A stretch of 64,000 nt of DNA from the human T2T-CHM13v2.0 reference genome, Homo sapiens. Below, piece by piece: positions 47,078-63,786 of the stretch. The notes under the pieces are model-generated. The model saw only the letters and a program-made list of their open reading frames with translations. It was not told where the DNA came from and ran no database searches. Made by a program: the position numbers and the translations under genes. Position 1 is the first letter of the stretch. Each line of letters opens with the position of its first letter. Where the stretch lies: the NCBI RefSeq assembly GCF_009914755.1, contig NC_060938.1, one strand, 5' to 3'.

Positions 47078-49395
47078 TCAATTAACATAAAATAAGTTAT
47101 TTAATCATATAAACAAAGTAAAACATGTTCTTTGAATGTTCGTTTTCTAAGTTATAAAATGACCTTTATCCAGTATGAAGCTTTAAGTTAAGGACTTTGA
47201 ACATGGATATAAAGTTAAAATTAATGTCCACAATGCAAAACTTCAACTAAGTCGTCTAACTCTGGTAGGACACACAATGAAAGCACTCATATGCTGATCA
47301 CACAGATCTTCAATTTTGCTGACAAAATTTGAAAATGTGGTAATTTGATTTTCAAAAAGATTTTCAAACTAATAAAACGAAATTCCAGATGTAGAAAAGC
47401 ATTACCTTTGCAATTAAGAATATAATATAAAAACAGATAAAATCATTTTTTAAAATGTACAATAGGATTTTATAATAAAGCTTTTTGTCCCTATTTCCAC
47501 TTCAAAGTATACTTGCCACAAAAAAACTACACTGCTTTCCTTAAAAAATAAAAGTGATCACTGCACTAAGCTATGAATTTGAGAAGTTACGCTTTTTCCC
47601 TCCACTCTGAACTACGGTAATCAGGGGAACAGATTATAGCATAACTGACAAAAATGGAAGAAAATTTAGACTAACATGAAACACAACAATCCAATTTCTG
47701 TCAAAAGATCTTTGCTAATTCCAATTTCTTTGGCAAAAGCTTATTTGTGAGTGACAACCTTAATAATGGGCTAGATTTCAGTAATGATGTAACTTCTTTG
47801 CAATCCTAGAAAGATGCCAAATTTCTGTTATGCAAGTTTTTAAAAAACCAAAAAACTTGTGAAGGGGGAAGACGAAGGGTGTGCATCAATGTTGATTGTA
47901 ACAACTTTCCAGTGTTCTGACAAAAAAAAGTTGCAACCTTCAAGCATTTTTTAAATACTACAAATATTTTAAACTAGACTCAAGATATAAACACTACATT
48001 TGTCTGAAAAGAAATAGCAGTAAGCCAAGCCATATCTCTAACTATTTATCTTTTCATTTTTTTAATTAAGAAAGAAACACCTTTTCAAGAATAAGGAACA
48101 CCAAAAGCAACTGTAGCGGCAGACCTCAAGGAACATTTCCTGCTAACAATCTTAGACTTTCCAAGGCAACATGAAGATGTTTTTGATTGGTCCTTAAGAA
48201 AAAGAGGGCCAAACTGCGATTTTTAAAAAATCAGACAATATTTTTTTTTTATTGAAAAAAACCTTCTGTATCTTTAGAAAGGTGCCACCATAAGCCAAAA
48301 GTGGCAGAGCACAAAAATCACAAAGGGCTGACTTTTATCACAAACTGTGTGATCCTGGGCAAAGCCTTTTAGTGCCTCTGGGTTTCAGATGCTTCATCTA
48401 CAAAAGAGTGGGGTTCTGTCTCATAAAATGTTTTTCAAGAGCACTTCAAGCCTTTTAAGAAAAAACAGCCACATGAAATCCTTTTCTATATCATTCAAGT
48501 CAACTTTGATACTCTCGTCTATTAAGAGGCGTTTTAGCATGCAAAGGTTTCCACTTAAGCCCATTTGCTGAAGGGCCAGAGCAAGGTAGGGAGAATGGCA
48601 ATGCAACCAGCCAAAACCACAGTGTATCTTTTCAATATAATGCAAGGGCCTATATTTCAATAAAAGTAACTTACTAAATAAAAATCTGAACAGTATTTCT
48701 AATGAATTCCAATAACCAAAGTGCCATCAGAAACATTAAGAAAAATAAATTGAACTTTGTGTTGTATCTTAAAAAAAAAATCAATGACATGCCAATGTCA
48801 CCTTCATGCTACAAGTTTTTAAAAAGAGCCAAAAACATTATGAAACGGTATTAACAAAGGAGGATGACTGTTACTGGAATGTTATTCATAGAAATACCAT
48901 ACCATTTCTAAAGTTGAAAATCTATACATTTTCCTCTAAGGTTCTACATATTTCTAAATTAATAACAAATAATTGTTCGGACCTAACTTGCATTAAAATA
49001 TTCCCTTAATGCTTTTCCAAATAAGTTCTAATTCTGTAATAAGACAAATACTACATGAGTTAAAAACATCCTCAATAAATAGGTAAAAATCCAAATAGTG
49101 TCACTGAACATGCTACCTGGAAATACTTAAAGGCAGATATATAGGATACATGCATCACAAAGAAGACATGGAGAAAATGGATATTTAAAAATATAACCTT
49201 TGAAAGAAAAAAACGGTATTATCATTGTTGGCCTGAGGTAAAAATGAAGTAACAATGAGCCAATTTATTTTTAATGCAAAATAAATCTCCAAGAAATGAA
49301 ACTGTCTGAAGCATTGCCTTTAACTTCGGAAGAGGCACTAGAACTCTCCCAGTCAACCACCACTGCGCTGGTTCCTGCAGTTTGGAGGCCCTCCC

Positions 49396-49414
49396 AAGTG
49401 CCCTCTGGTGGCCT
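49396..49414 (-). promoter_or_regulatory. CTCF core motif in DICER1 intron 22
   Basis: Minus strand reads AGGCCACCAGAGGGCACTT, close to the CCACCAGRGGGCRC consensus; sits in a local GC-rich patch of an AT-rich intron. Confidence 0.65.
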
Positions 49415-49863
49415 TCAAGACAAGACAAAATGAAGCGGCTGTTGCTGATATTTGGAGTCTTCTTAAGTCACTGGCAAGATTTAAATTATTTCCAGAAAAT
49501 AACAATCTTTATGGATGATTTTTTTTTTTTAAGTTCACAGGAGTCCTGACTGGGAAAACCCTGAGCTACAAAAGCAAGATTTTACTGAAATTAATTATTT
49601 CACAGACAGACTGGAGATCACAGGTCACTGAAAAGTCATTTCACTGAACAGAGCTAAGGATCTAGGATAAATTGTAATAACAGCAAAGTGAAATTTTTTT
49701 AAAGAAGAGCAAAACTCAAAGTCAAAACATCACATACTCTTATGCCTTTGGAAAAGAAATAATAAAAATAGAAATTTGCCTCCATCAAAATTATAATACT
49801 ATTTCTGAATTCAGTGAAAAGACAGTGTAATTAAAGGAATTAATTAAATATATCAAATATCTA

Positions 49864-50169
<306 letters not shown>

Positions 50170-53100
50170 TTAGGATACTTATCCATAAATGATCACTGCT
50201 GGAATTCATTCAAGGCATATTAACATATCCTCAGTTAAATGTTCTTAAAATTAATCAATTAATTATATGTCATCAATTAATTATAAGGGCTCTACAGTTT
50301 TTCTACCCATTCATGTTATAAAAAGAATATTAAATTCCCACATATTCTATGCTTTTTTGGTGTAAATATTTCTGAATATAAGATGCAGAGCAGAAAAAAT
50401 AATGTATATAACTATGCATACTCCTTATGAATGACTGAGAAGAAACACTTCAGACAATATCAAAGCCTTGAAAATACAACCTGATGATATAAAATGCAAA
50501 CTGCTAACTGGAATTACCAAAGTAGAAAAGAACCCATAGAAAAAGTCAAGATGTCACAATATTTTCAATGAAATGGGGGGAGGATGCCATCAGCTCTAGC
50601 TGCAAAGTGAAAACTGGCACCGAACAAAACTGAAACAATGTTATATTCCTAGAATCGAAGCCACAAACGGGATTTCAACTGTAATGCTCTCTCAAATATT
50701 ATTCCTTTGTTTTACAGCCATTTCAAGACACTTTTATTCAACTTAAAAAAAATGAACCAAAAGGTTTCTGTTTATTCACATTAATGGAACAGCTTTACTA
50801 TCTTACCCTCTACTCCGGTCTGTTTTTCCTAATGCCTCTATCTCCTTCTTAATTTCTCACATCATTGCATTTCTGTCAAGTTAGTACTTGGAAACTAGGG
50901 TCTAGAATTGTCAATCCCATTTTCATTTTCATAAAGCTCGGTTCCTTATTATTAAGTACTTCATTAGCCCTCTTCCCATGTAACTCAACTATTGTTTAAT
51001 AGACACCCCCCATATGAGAGGCACTCGATTGGGCAACCCTGAGGGAACGATGGCAGCAGGACAGAGGGGCAGTCCTCGTGACACACAGGCTAGCAGGGAA
51101 AAGGAGGGTACGTGTGACCACTATAGCCAAAAGTACTCTCCCTCTCTGCCTGAAACGTAGCAGGCTGAAATAAATGCTAGCTTCCCTTTCCAAGCTAAGA
51201 GAACAAAGCATCACAAGCGCCAAGAAGAGGATAAAGTACAACGTGGACTCATGGGAGGGAAATCACATTCCAAGTTGACAGAAATGGTGGGCAGGATGAA
51301 GAAAGAGCTACGTAAGGTCTCAAATATGGGGCAAAATTCTGGACAGGTAGAGATGGAGGCAAGCCCTCTGCAGAAGGAAGGACAGAGCAAGGGCCCCAAG
51401 GCTGGGGGTCTGAGCGTGGAGTCTGTCCAATGAGCTGCAAGGGGCTTCCACCTGCTTAGGATCCAAAACGCATCAGGGCTGAAAGGGCCTGAACAGCAGG
51501 CTGAGGGAGTGATCATTCTTTCTGCAGAAATAAGGAGTAGAAGGTTTCTGAGCAGACAAATGGACGAGTTTTGTAATAGAAAGTCACCTCTGTCTTGTCT
51601 AACAGAGTATCCTATCCTATTGCCTATGCCACACTTGTCCAAGCCTCTGATACTTTCTTCCTGCAACCACCTCTTGGAAATCTCATCCATTCTCAGAGCT
51701 TCCGTATGGCGACTACTCTACAAAACCGTATCTGAATCCTACAGCCTCAATTATCTGAACATTTCCACTTCATATTCCATGAGGTCTAAAATCTCAACTC
51801 TAACATGGACTTCCCACATTTCTCCCTACCTCCCTGCTACTGCCACTGCCCCCAAGTTGCCAGTTTACGTGGTTGTTATGACTGCGCCTCCAGTCCACCT
51901 CAAGATCATCCTGGGAGGCCTTGGACACACTCCTGACTCTCCCAGATGAACAGTTAGGTGACCTGACAGGAGCCCATTCGACTCTCTAAGTGTGAGTCCC
52001 CTCATCTGCAAAACAGGGATGTGTTGTCTCTTTCCCAGAGGCTTAGAGAAGAGTGAATGAGTGAGCACTTGGGAAATGCTTGGTGTGCTGCCTGGTGTGA
52101 TGGTTCTATCCGGAGCAGTTAGTGTGATGGGGAAGGGGAAGGTCTCCAAAGCCAGGCTGTCTGGATTCGACCCAAGCTCTGCCACTTACTTGCCAAGTGA
52201 CCTTGGGCAAGCTAACTTCTCCAGCCTATTCTCACCTATAAAATGGGGAAAATAAAAGTTTCTACCTCTCAGAATTATAAAAATTAAATTAGGTTTATAT
52301 GCATATATGTGTATATATGTGGGTGTGTGTACGTGTGTGTGCGTATACGGTTATCTTTTAGAGTAGTGCAGAGTAAGCACTTTTAAATTGTTAGCTAAAA
52401 TTATTTCTTCTGAAATTCTCACTCACCTCAGCCCCTTCCTCTCTACCAGAACTCTAGTTCTATCCCATTCTCTGCTTCTGCTGTTGGTTTGGATATGCTT
52501 TTCAACTCACACTACATTCTGCTACCAGATTAATCATTTTAAACTACCACTTTATTAACATTAATAGTTCCTTGCTCTAAATTCCTTCAACAGTGCCTAC
52601 AACATTCAAAACACGTGCAAACTCCTTAGCCCAGCATTCAAGGCCTTCCACGATACAGCTTCACCCCAGCTGCCTTTTCAAGCCTTTTCTCAGGTATTTC
52701 CACACTTCTGACTGCTGCCACGGCTGCTTCCCTGACGCTGACATGCTCTGCCATCTGTTCACTTTGCTTATGCACTGTCAACTTGCCTCCTCCATTAATG
52801 CCATCCTTGATTCAACAGTGATGCTCCTTCCTTCTGAGTGCTGCAAGTGATCAGCAGCTTTCTAAGGTATTTGTCCAGGAGGCTCATGTTGCCTTGTGAG
52901 ACTTTTTTCCATTTTTCCCCCATAACTTGAATATCTTACCTTCATTCCTTTTCTTAAGTCTTAGTCCATGCTGAGTTTAAGAGCCCGCCCTTTCTCTGAG
53001 CTATCGAGCGTTAATTACTCAGAACTCTGGTGTCACCCTCTTCACACTGGAGAGCAGCCAAGCTCTGTGAAGCTTGTTACTCTTCTCCGCTCCACTCTCC

Positions 53101-53534
53101 AAAACTTTGGAGATGAGCTCCTCCACAAGACTTGTGTCTTACTCATGTCTGTATGCCTTGTAAGCCAAGACGTACCCTCTCAAATAAATGTTTAACTCAA
53201 CAAAGCAGAAGCTCCTTGACTGACTACAATGCACATTTCTTCATATCCCCCTCAGGATCAAGGGGTGTACACACTTGCATAGCTTCCTTTGAACTGACTT
53301 TCAATCAAAAAGTAAGGCACGTGGAGATCAGCTAAGCCCCAAAACCTGAGTGTGGGATTGGTGTAAAGCAATACTCATCAACTGCCAGGTAGTTCTGCCA
53401 CAGGCTTTCGCTGGCCCTGGTAGAACAAGGGAGCAGCTGTGCTTGGCCGGTGTAGCAATTTCTGAGCATGATACGTTCTCATCCTCTGAGATTATCCAAC
53501 ACTGCAAACCACTTTCAGGCACACTGAATAATTA

Positions 53535-54359
<825 letters not shown>

Positions 54360-54614
54360 TTATAACTTTACATCAGATTCTTCAAAACAGCTAGGCTGAG
54401 AGCAACAGCAATTTGAATTTAAAAACAAAAACAAAGATCCCAAAAATGTACTCCTAAACTTTAGAATAGAAGCAAGTTTCCAAATTTTTAATTTACAGTG
54501 TAAATTATAAAGTGGGACATGGTTTTATCTACTGCTTTAATCCCTGGCCCTAGACTCTAGGTGTGGTAGTTAAGAAGGTCACGAAGCTTGCAGGCATCCT
54601 GCAGGACCTGGGGC

Positions 54615-54815
54615 CTAGCTTCACGGGTTGGAATCCCAGGCACTCTGGTTAACCCGCTGAGTAACTCTGGGCAACTTACATAAACTCTCTGTGCCTCAGC
54701 TTCTGCACCTGAGAAAAGGGCTAACAATTCCTATCTCATAGCACTGTCTTAATGATTAAATGAGCTAACTAACACAGGGTACAGCATTTAAGCTAGTGTT
54801 TGGCACTATAGCAAC
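54615..54815. mobile_element. MIR element in intron 20 (similar MIR fragments near 13330-13460, 42790-42870, 48330-48400, 52150-52290)
   Basis: gggcaacttacataaactctctgtgcctcagcttctgcacctgagaaaagggctaacaa core. Confidence 0.75.
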
Positions 54816-55252
54816 TAACCAATAAATATTGTGGTTATTCCTATTATATTTTAAAATTCCTTCAATCCCTAGAACAGTCTTGATATTGCCAATTGGATAA
54901 CCAGAACTAATGTGAGTGTTTAAGCCAACAGTTTCTTTAGAATGCAGAGATTTTACTAATGGGAAGAAAATAATGAAGACAAAGAACATGCTAAGGCTAT
55001 TGCTTTTTAACATATATTTGGATTTTTAAAAGAAAAAACAGACTGAAAATGCTGATGCAGTAACAAAGAACAATTTCATTCTCACTCCAACTGTTATGGC
55101 TTAAGCAGTAATGGTTATTTCTGACCTCAGATTCTCATCTCCCTCTGAGACTTGACAAGACATAAGATATCCATTATTTTCTTTTTACTCTTTTAAGAAT
55201 TATTTTATATACAATTTTAACTTAATTCTGTTCTTTTGCAAACAGGATCTCA

Positions 55253-55690
<438 letters not shown>

Positions 55691-55887
55691 TCAATACTTA
55701 CCAAAAAGAACATTCAAATAACATTCAACACATAATACTAATTAAAACAAAACAAAACAAAATTTGAGGATTAGGTAACTTCTAAAAAATTAACGAATCA
55801 TGCATTTAACTTGGTAAGATAAAATTCAAACTTATCTTTAATAATCTTTAATACTCAAACAAATACTAAGTTATGCTAGTACAATTA

Positions 55888-56091
<204 letters not shown>

Positions 56092-56258
56092 TCAACTACA
56101 GCCTCTTGGGCTACCCCTTGGGCAAGTTTGTGTGCAAAGCATCTCCTGATTTCAGATAGTCCACGGGTGGGCAGGGGGACAGTGAACCTCTGCATGTCTA
56201 GTGATGTCTGGTAAGAATCCCTCAAGTGCAATCCAAGTGTCATCTCTGAAGCCCCTTA

Positions 56259-56483
<225 letters not shown>

Positions 56484-57261
56484 TTAAATCAACTATTCTC
56501 AAAATACAACTGTTTGTAGTATGGAAATGATGATTAAGAATTCAAAAGATTAAAAATAAGTAACAATAAACATCTGTATTCCAAATATATTTCAAGTATG
56601 TAAGAACTGTATTTTTATCAAGTAAAAATGGACACATTATTGTCCCATTTTATTATTATTCTTGTTCTAAATATCTACATTTTGATAACACATGAAGCTA
56701 AATGGCACCTTTACATATCTATTTCATCTATATAAATAGTATAAAAAATTTACACTATCCAAAGAGTAAATACTTTGTATATTACTAATGCTAAACATTA
56801 AAGACACTTGTCATATAAAACGTATTACTGCATCATCTATGATAGTGATGGTCCTGATAACTAACATTTAAAATATGGTTTTGAGGTGCAAAAAGAAAAA
56901 AAAAATCAAAGATTGAATTACAACTAGTATTATAATTATTTGAAAACTGCCTGTATTGTATTGCCCCAAAACTCCATTCCCTAAATTTTTATAAAATAAG
57001 GAAAAAAATCATTCTGGATTTACTATTTTCACAGAGCTTAATATTCCTTATAAAAATTTTAAGAAATGAAATCATTATTTATAATCAAATTCTATAAGAC
57101 TCTGGAGACTAAAAGGATGGAGATTTTAAGAAGAAAGCCTATCAACATTAGATTATCTGACCCTTTACAAAGGAAAATTCCTTATCTATAACGTTTTAGG
57201 TATTATTTTTTAAGCAAGTATACTGGAGAGAACGGGTCGACCTTAAGAGTTTCTTTCTTTT

Positions 57262-57397
57262 CCCCGATCTGTTGCCCAGGCTGGAGTGTAGTGGTGTGAT
57301 CACAGCTTACTGCACAGCCTAGAAATCCTGGGCTGAAGCAATCTTCCCACCTCAGCCCTGAGTAGCTGTGATTACAGCACGCATCACCATGCCTGAC
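57262..57397 (-). mobile_element. FLAM or Alu monomer fragment in intron 17
   Basis: ctgttgcccaggctggagtgtagtggtgtgatcacagct...caccatgcctgac. Confidence 0.85.
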
Positions 57398-57472
57398 TGA
57401 CTAATATATTTCCTATTAGTAATTACAATGCTAAAATCACAGCCCACTTATATTCCCATGTGAATAAGTGAA

Positions 57473-57769
57473 TTTTTTTTTTTTTTTTGAGACAGAGTCT
57501 TGGTGTGTCTCCAGGCTGGAGTGCAGTGGAGCGATCTCAGCTCACTGCAATCTCCGCCTCCTAGCTTGAAGTGATTGCCCTGCCTCAGCCTCCCGAGTAA
57601 CTGGGACTACAGGCGTGCACCACCACGCCTGGCTAATTTTTTGTATTTTTAGTAGAGACGAGGTTTCACCATGCTGGCCAGGATGGTCTCAATCTCCTGA
57701 CCTCATGATCTGCCCGCCTTGGCCTCCCAAAGTGCTGGGACTGCAGGCGTGAGCCACCGTGCCCGACCT
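57473..57769 (-). mobile_element. AluS (Sc-like) element in intron 17
   Basis: T17, then gagacagagtct...gtgagccaccgtgcccgacc. Confidence 0.95.
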
Positions 57770-57825
57770 AGTGCATCTTTTAAAACAAAGTATCACCACC
57801 ATTTTCCTTTCCATTTAAATACCTA

Positions 57826-57981
<156 letters not shown>

Positions 57982-58098
57982 TTAGAAGAGAAAAACGACT
58001 CTTTAGCTTGTTAAAACATGATACAGATAAGTTTCATACCAAAGCTGTATGTTTGTATATGTGTCTAGAGTTATCAAAGTAAGAGATTTTTTTCTTAC

Positions 58099-58312
58099 CA
58101 ACATTAAGAGGTAGAACACAGTATGCTGAATCAGCGTCTGTAGGTTTAAATTCTAGTGCAGGTTTTTCAAGCCGAAGAATATGTGAGAATATATACTGGT
58201 GAAGTCTTGTAATCAACTCAAGCATTTGTAGAGACAACATGAAACCAGACTTCTTCAACTCAATGGATATGGTAACCTCTCCAGAGCGTGTGTACACAGG
58301 AAAGTGTGGAAT
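58099..58312 (-). CDS. DICER1: DICER1 exon 16 (214 nt), Platform domain
   Basis: [71 protein letters not shown]; ctaag / gtaaga. Confidence 0.97.
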
Positions 58313-58530
58313 CTTAGCAAAAGGAAATGTAAAGCACCCCTCAAAATTAACAGGTATTTTATTCCATTACAGTTAACTTCAGAACAGAAATGATGCTTTC
58401 TAGTGGAGAAATAGAAGAGGCACCTCGATCTTTAAATATTAAACATACTGAGGTAACAAAAGGTACTTACTACTAGTTTTTTTTTTTTTCCTTTTCCTAA
58501 GCAAGACGTTTTTGACATAAGTACTCATTA

Positions 58531-58722
<192 letters not shown>

Positions 58723-59621
58723 CTAGAGTTGGAAAGGAAAATTAAGCGTCATGCTCAAGCATATTAGCCTCTTTTCCAGATGTCAGCAAGAAAACAAATT
58801 AATTCTGGCTTTACTAAAAGCTGATGAGAATAAGCTAAGAAAATACCCGAGGCATGACACTTCTTAATTACTTAACCCTGCTGGGTAAGTCAGCGGATCT
58901 CAGGACAGGGCTGCTGACGGTGGCCCAAGTTCACATACATTATAATGCAGTGCTGACTACATAGCTAATACCAAAATTATACATAAAACAATCCAACACT
59001 GTAGGGCCTTTTTAAAAATACTATTCATTTGATCTATTTCTTCTGACAAGAAAACTCATCTCTTCCTTGGGCTTTTTATGTATTAACTGTAGAGTATCAG
59101 AAAATGAAGTTAGGCAAATTTTTAAAAAATCACATATAATCCTATCACTCAAAGACAGCCTTTATTAACATTTTGATACACTGTATAATTCCTAGACTCT
59201 TTTTCTATGCATAAATACATAGAAACATATATACATTTATATTTTTCAATACAAATAAAATCACACAACACTGGTGTATATTAGGGTATGTGTGTATCTG
59301 TGTTTGTGAGATAGCCTGATTTTTATCCCGTTACTGTAAAGAGAATATCTGTCCGAGTCAATATGAGCCAATATCATCATTTGTAATGGCTACCTCATTA
59401 TGTGAGTGAACCATAATTAAATGGACATTGCTGCTAGGCTTTCAATATTAACACAATCCTTCAGATTATGGTCTTGCAGTTCCTGAGGTTCAATGAAAAA
59501 GAACTGCATCTGTAGTTAAAAGGTACAAAAATGCTGGTAAAAGAGACAGTTATATTTAATAGAGAATCAGAAAATAAAGAATGTATCTATTAATTAAACA
59601 GGATGCCAGGCAGTACTATGC

Positions 59622-59752
59622 TTTTCTTTTTTTGTAGAGACAAGGTCTCACTATGTTGACCAGGCTGGTCTCGGATTCCTGGCCTCAAGTGATCCTCCTG
59701 CCTCAGCCTCCTAAAATGCTGGGATCACAGGTGTGAACCACCACACCCAGCC
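59622..59752 (-). mobile_element. FLAM_C monomer
   Basis: tttgtagagacaaggtctcactatgttg...cacacccagcc; TSD tactatgctttt on both sides. Confidence 0.88.
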
Positions 59753-59994
59753 AATACTATGCTTTTAGAAACACTTATCATTAACGACTTTATCACATGA
59801 AACTAGTCTCACGTGAAAATTTGGTATGAGGAAAACATGCATTTTGGGAAAATGGGTAACATTCATGATTTTTTAAAAACATGATTCTGAATCTTGAAAA
59901 TGCTAAGCTGGGTGCAAAATTTTATAAAGTAAAAACTTGGTAAAACTGCATAAGCAAAACCAAAGAAACACATATTTAGGCTAACATACAGGCA

Positions 59995-60859
59995 CAGCAG
60001 TCCCCGCTTATCTGCAGCCTCCATGGTTTCAGTAACCTGAGGTCAGTCACGGTCCAATAACAGGTGTGTACAGTACAGTATTTTGAGAGAGACCACATTC
60101 ACATAACTTTTATTACAGTATATGGTTACAATTGTTCTATTTTGTTATTACTGTGCCTAATTTATATCTTAAACTATCATAAATATGTACAAACGTATTT
60201 TAAAAAGCATAATATATGCTGTAAGTCCTCACTTAATGTCTTCGGCAGGTTCTTAGAAACTGGCTAAGGGAAACAACCAATTGGTAGAAAGAAACCAATT
60301 TTCCCACAGGCTAATTGACATAAATCAGTTAAATTCCTCCAGCACATTTCTGATCACAAAAACATCACCAAATTTCTAAATTAAAAAAAAACACTTTTAA
60401 TATTAAGCATTAAAATAAATGTGAGCTATAGATACACTTAAGAAAGATGAATAAAAACAAGGAAGATGATTATTCACCCACTTATTCCAGTTCAGGGCCA
60501 AGGGTGCCAGAGTCTATCCTGGCAGCTCAGGGCCCCATGCAGGAACCCATCCCGGACAGGACACCACTCTGTGGCAGGGCACACGCACATGCATCCCCAT
60601 GCTCACTCACAGTGGGGCAGTGCAGACACGCCAGTTCACCTGATGTGCACAGTTTTGGGATGTAGTAGGAAACCGGAGTAAGCAGACATGAGGAGAATGT
60701 GCCAACCCCACATAGAGACAGTGGCCCTGGCTGGGAACGATTTTTTTTTTCCTTGTCAACGTTCTAATGAAACAACGTTGAGCTGCTGGAGGATCGGTAC
60801 TATCTGCAGTTTCCACTGTGGGTCTTGGAACATACCCTCCAAGGGTAAGCGGGACTACT
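59995..60859 (+). mobile_element. MER44A (Tigger7-type) element split by MER82
   Basis: cagcagtccccgcttatc... and ...ggtaagcgggactact terminal inverted repeats; gagagagaccacattcacataacttttattacagtata. Confidence 0.82.
60219..60788 (+). mobile_element. MER82 (TcMar-Tigger) element nested in MER44A
   Basis: gtaagtcctcacttaatgtc...aggttcttagaaact...gcagctcagggc...ggacaggacaccact...gaaacaacgttga. Confidence 0.75.
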
Positions 60860-61523
60860 ACACACAGCAAAATTCTGCTTTTGCTTGGGGTTCTTATGAG
60901 GTAAAAATATTAACAAATATTTTAAAAATAAATACTTCAGCCAAGTTTGTCTATTACTAGAAGTTAGATTTAGAGATGCTTTCATGTGTGAACTCTGCTA
61001 GGATGCCCACAGATTGAGCTGGAAACACTCCATGGAAATAACTTATTTCGATTCCCAATGGCCCACACTGGGAATCTGACATAACTCCTGACAGATATTT
61101 GTGCTTCTACCTTCCAGTGTACCTGTCATCTTGAGAGGGCATCTTTTCACTTGCTTATTTTATCACACAAATCCTCTTCTGTCTTAGCCCCAAATCATAA
61201 GTAAAACAAGAATCACACCACTAAACTGAATGAAACAAAGAATGTCTATTTAAATGAAATAATCTCATTCTGGATAGAATATGACAGATGGGTCCAAGAA
61301 TCCTTTTGAGAAGAAAAACAAAAGCAACCTCTGAAGTGGAAGAGCACACATTCTACATTAGGAAGGAAAGAGGCTGATCTGAGAGAAGCTGTGAATCGGA
61401 GAAAGGAGCTGAGATCCAGAGTGGGCCAAACTGTAAGGGTGTGGGAAGCCAGCCAAGCAGAGGAACTGAGATTTGATGTAGCGGAAAACAAAGTCAGAAA
61501 TGCTAGGTTTTTACTCTGTTCTA

Positions 61524-61721
<198 letters not shown>

Positions 61722-62379
61722 TTAATTAGTAAAGAATTTAGAACAGAACTATGTTAGAAGGACCTGGAAAAGTAATGGAAACTAAAGCACCTTTGCCTTT
61801 TACAATTTAAAAGTAATCAGATTCACACTTCAGGCAAAGTCTATTTTGGCATCCATATATTCCAATATGAGCTGGACTGCAAATTCTGTTCTAAGGTTCA
61901 GAAACAAAAACATCTAAACATGACATCACCACATATCAATGCTAAATAAAATGGCCATAGAAAATGGGTCCACTTATACAGGAGCAGGATTGAGAAAAAA
62001 AAAAAAAAGAAACTGAGTTCATTTTTTAAAAAAGGATTAATTTCTATACTAGTATAGACTAATTTGAGAGACTGACATATTAAAACACAAGTGTTCATGG
62101 TGCATGATTCAACAATTACGAAAAGACCTTTATGTACTTAAAAGGAGTCATTAAAGAGAGCAAATAAATGACAGTTGTTTGCAGTCAAGCTATGGAAAAC
62201 AAAGAGCTCCCACAACAATGTAGGATCTTCAAGTTACTAACACTTATGTTTATATTCACCAAAGCACATTAAGATCAGCAAGTGAATAGCTCTACAAAAT
62301 CCTTACAGATCTATAAAGTCCTCTATATGCTTTTTTTTTACAATGGTTGCAATTTATTTTCATTCGTATATGCTTTTCA

Positions 62380-62490
<111 letters not shown>

Positions 62491-63277
62491 TTATATATGC
62501 ACATCGCTGTATTACCTCTAGCACATGAAACACCTATGAAACCACTGCCCCAACATTTTTAAAGTTCAATTTACCAAAACAAAATTCTTTATTTTGAAAA
62601 ATTCCAGCAAGTTTTTAAAAATTCTAATCTCCATATTTGAAATATTCATCTTTAAAAGTCCTGCCTAGTAAAAACTAAGTCATAATTAAGATTTTACAAT
62701 TTTGATGAATTTAAATTTCAGTAAGATTTTAAAGTATCTTATTTTTACTAATCAATAAATATGTAACAAAAAGAAAGATTTATCAAAACATAGCTATAAC
62801 ATTAACAGTATTGAGCAGCTTTTTATGTGCAATAGAAATTAGTCACCTTGGAACACTTGGAAATCAGTACTGAGACCAAGAACAGTATTTACAAAAAGCA
62901 GATTTTTGAGTCACCAACAAAATAACTAGGACAACGCAACGATCTATAATAAGTTTTATATTACTCTAAGTGTCTAAGCCACAGTTGAATGATTCTGTCA
63001 AAAATGTGCATGTTAGTAACACCTTAGAAGAAACTTCAGAGATCACCTAGTCCAGTTCTAAGTATCTGTAAATTAGACAGTCTATTACAAATATGAACAT
63101 GTAGATGACTACAAAAGCAATCTATAAATCTACTTTTGAAAGTAAATTTGGTTTTTATTTTTATTTTTGGTCTGTCAACACAAGGCTCCTGCTCATGAAA
63201 GTAGATTTTAAAATCAAATTTACCTATAACTTGCAAGTCTTAGAAAAGCTGAAAAAATCCACTAATGACACATTTTA

Positions 63278-63520
<243 letters not shown>

Positions 63521-63603
63521 TCATGTGCCTCTTCCCCTCTACTGAATTTGTATTTATATGTGGCATTTAAACTTTACTGCTTCAAACTTCGAATAAGACA
63601 GAA

Positions 63604-63786
63604 TAGTGTTGTCTAACAGAACTTCTGCAAAGATGTTCTATATCTTCGATGCCCAACAGGGCAGTGGCTGGTGAGCACTTGAAATGTGAGAAGTACAACT
63701 ACGAAACTCCATTTTTTATTTTATTTTAAATTGAATTTTGAATTTAAATAGTAACATGTGTCGAGTGTTACCATAATAGAGCACAA
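63604..63786. mobile_element. MER3-like hAT-Charlie MITE in intron 11
   Basis: gtgttgtctaacagaacttctgc...gagcacttgaaatgtg...ttttattttattttaaatt...taaatagtaacatgtg. Confidence 0.72.

Noticed and set aside
52296-52349. Alternating purine-pyrimidine tract as a Z-DNA element
   Set aside because: Short, AT-rich and interrupted; most likely a decayed microsatellite within a MIR
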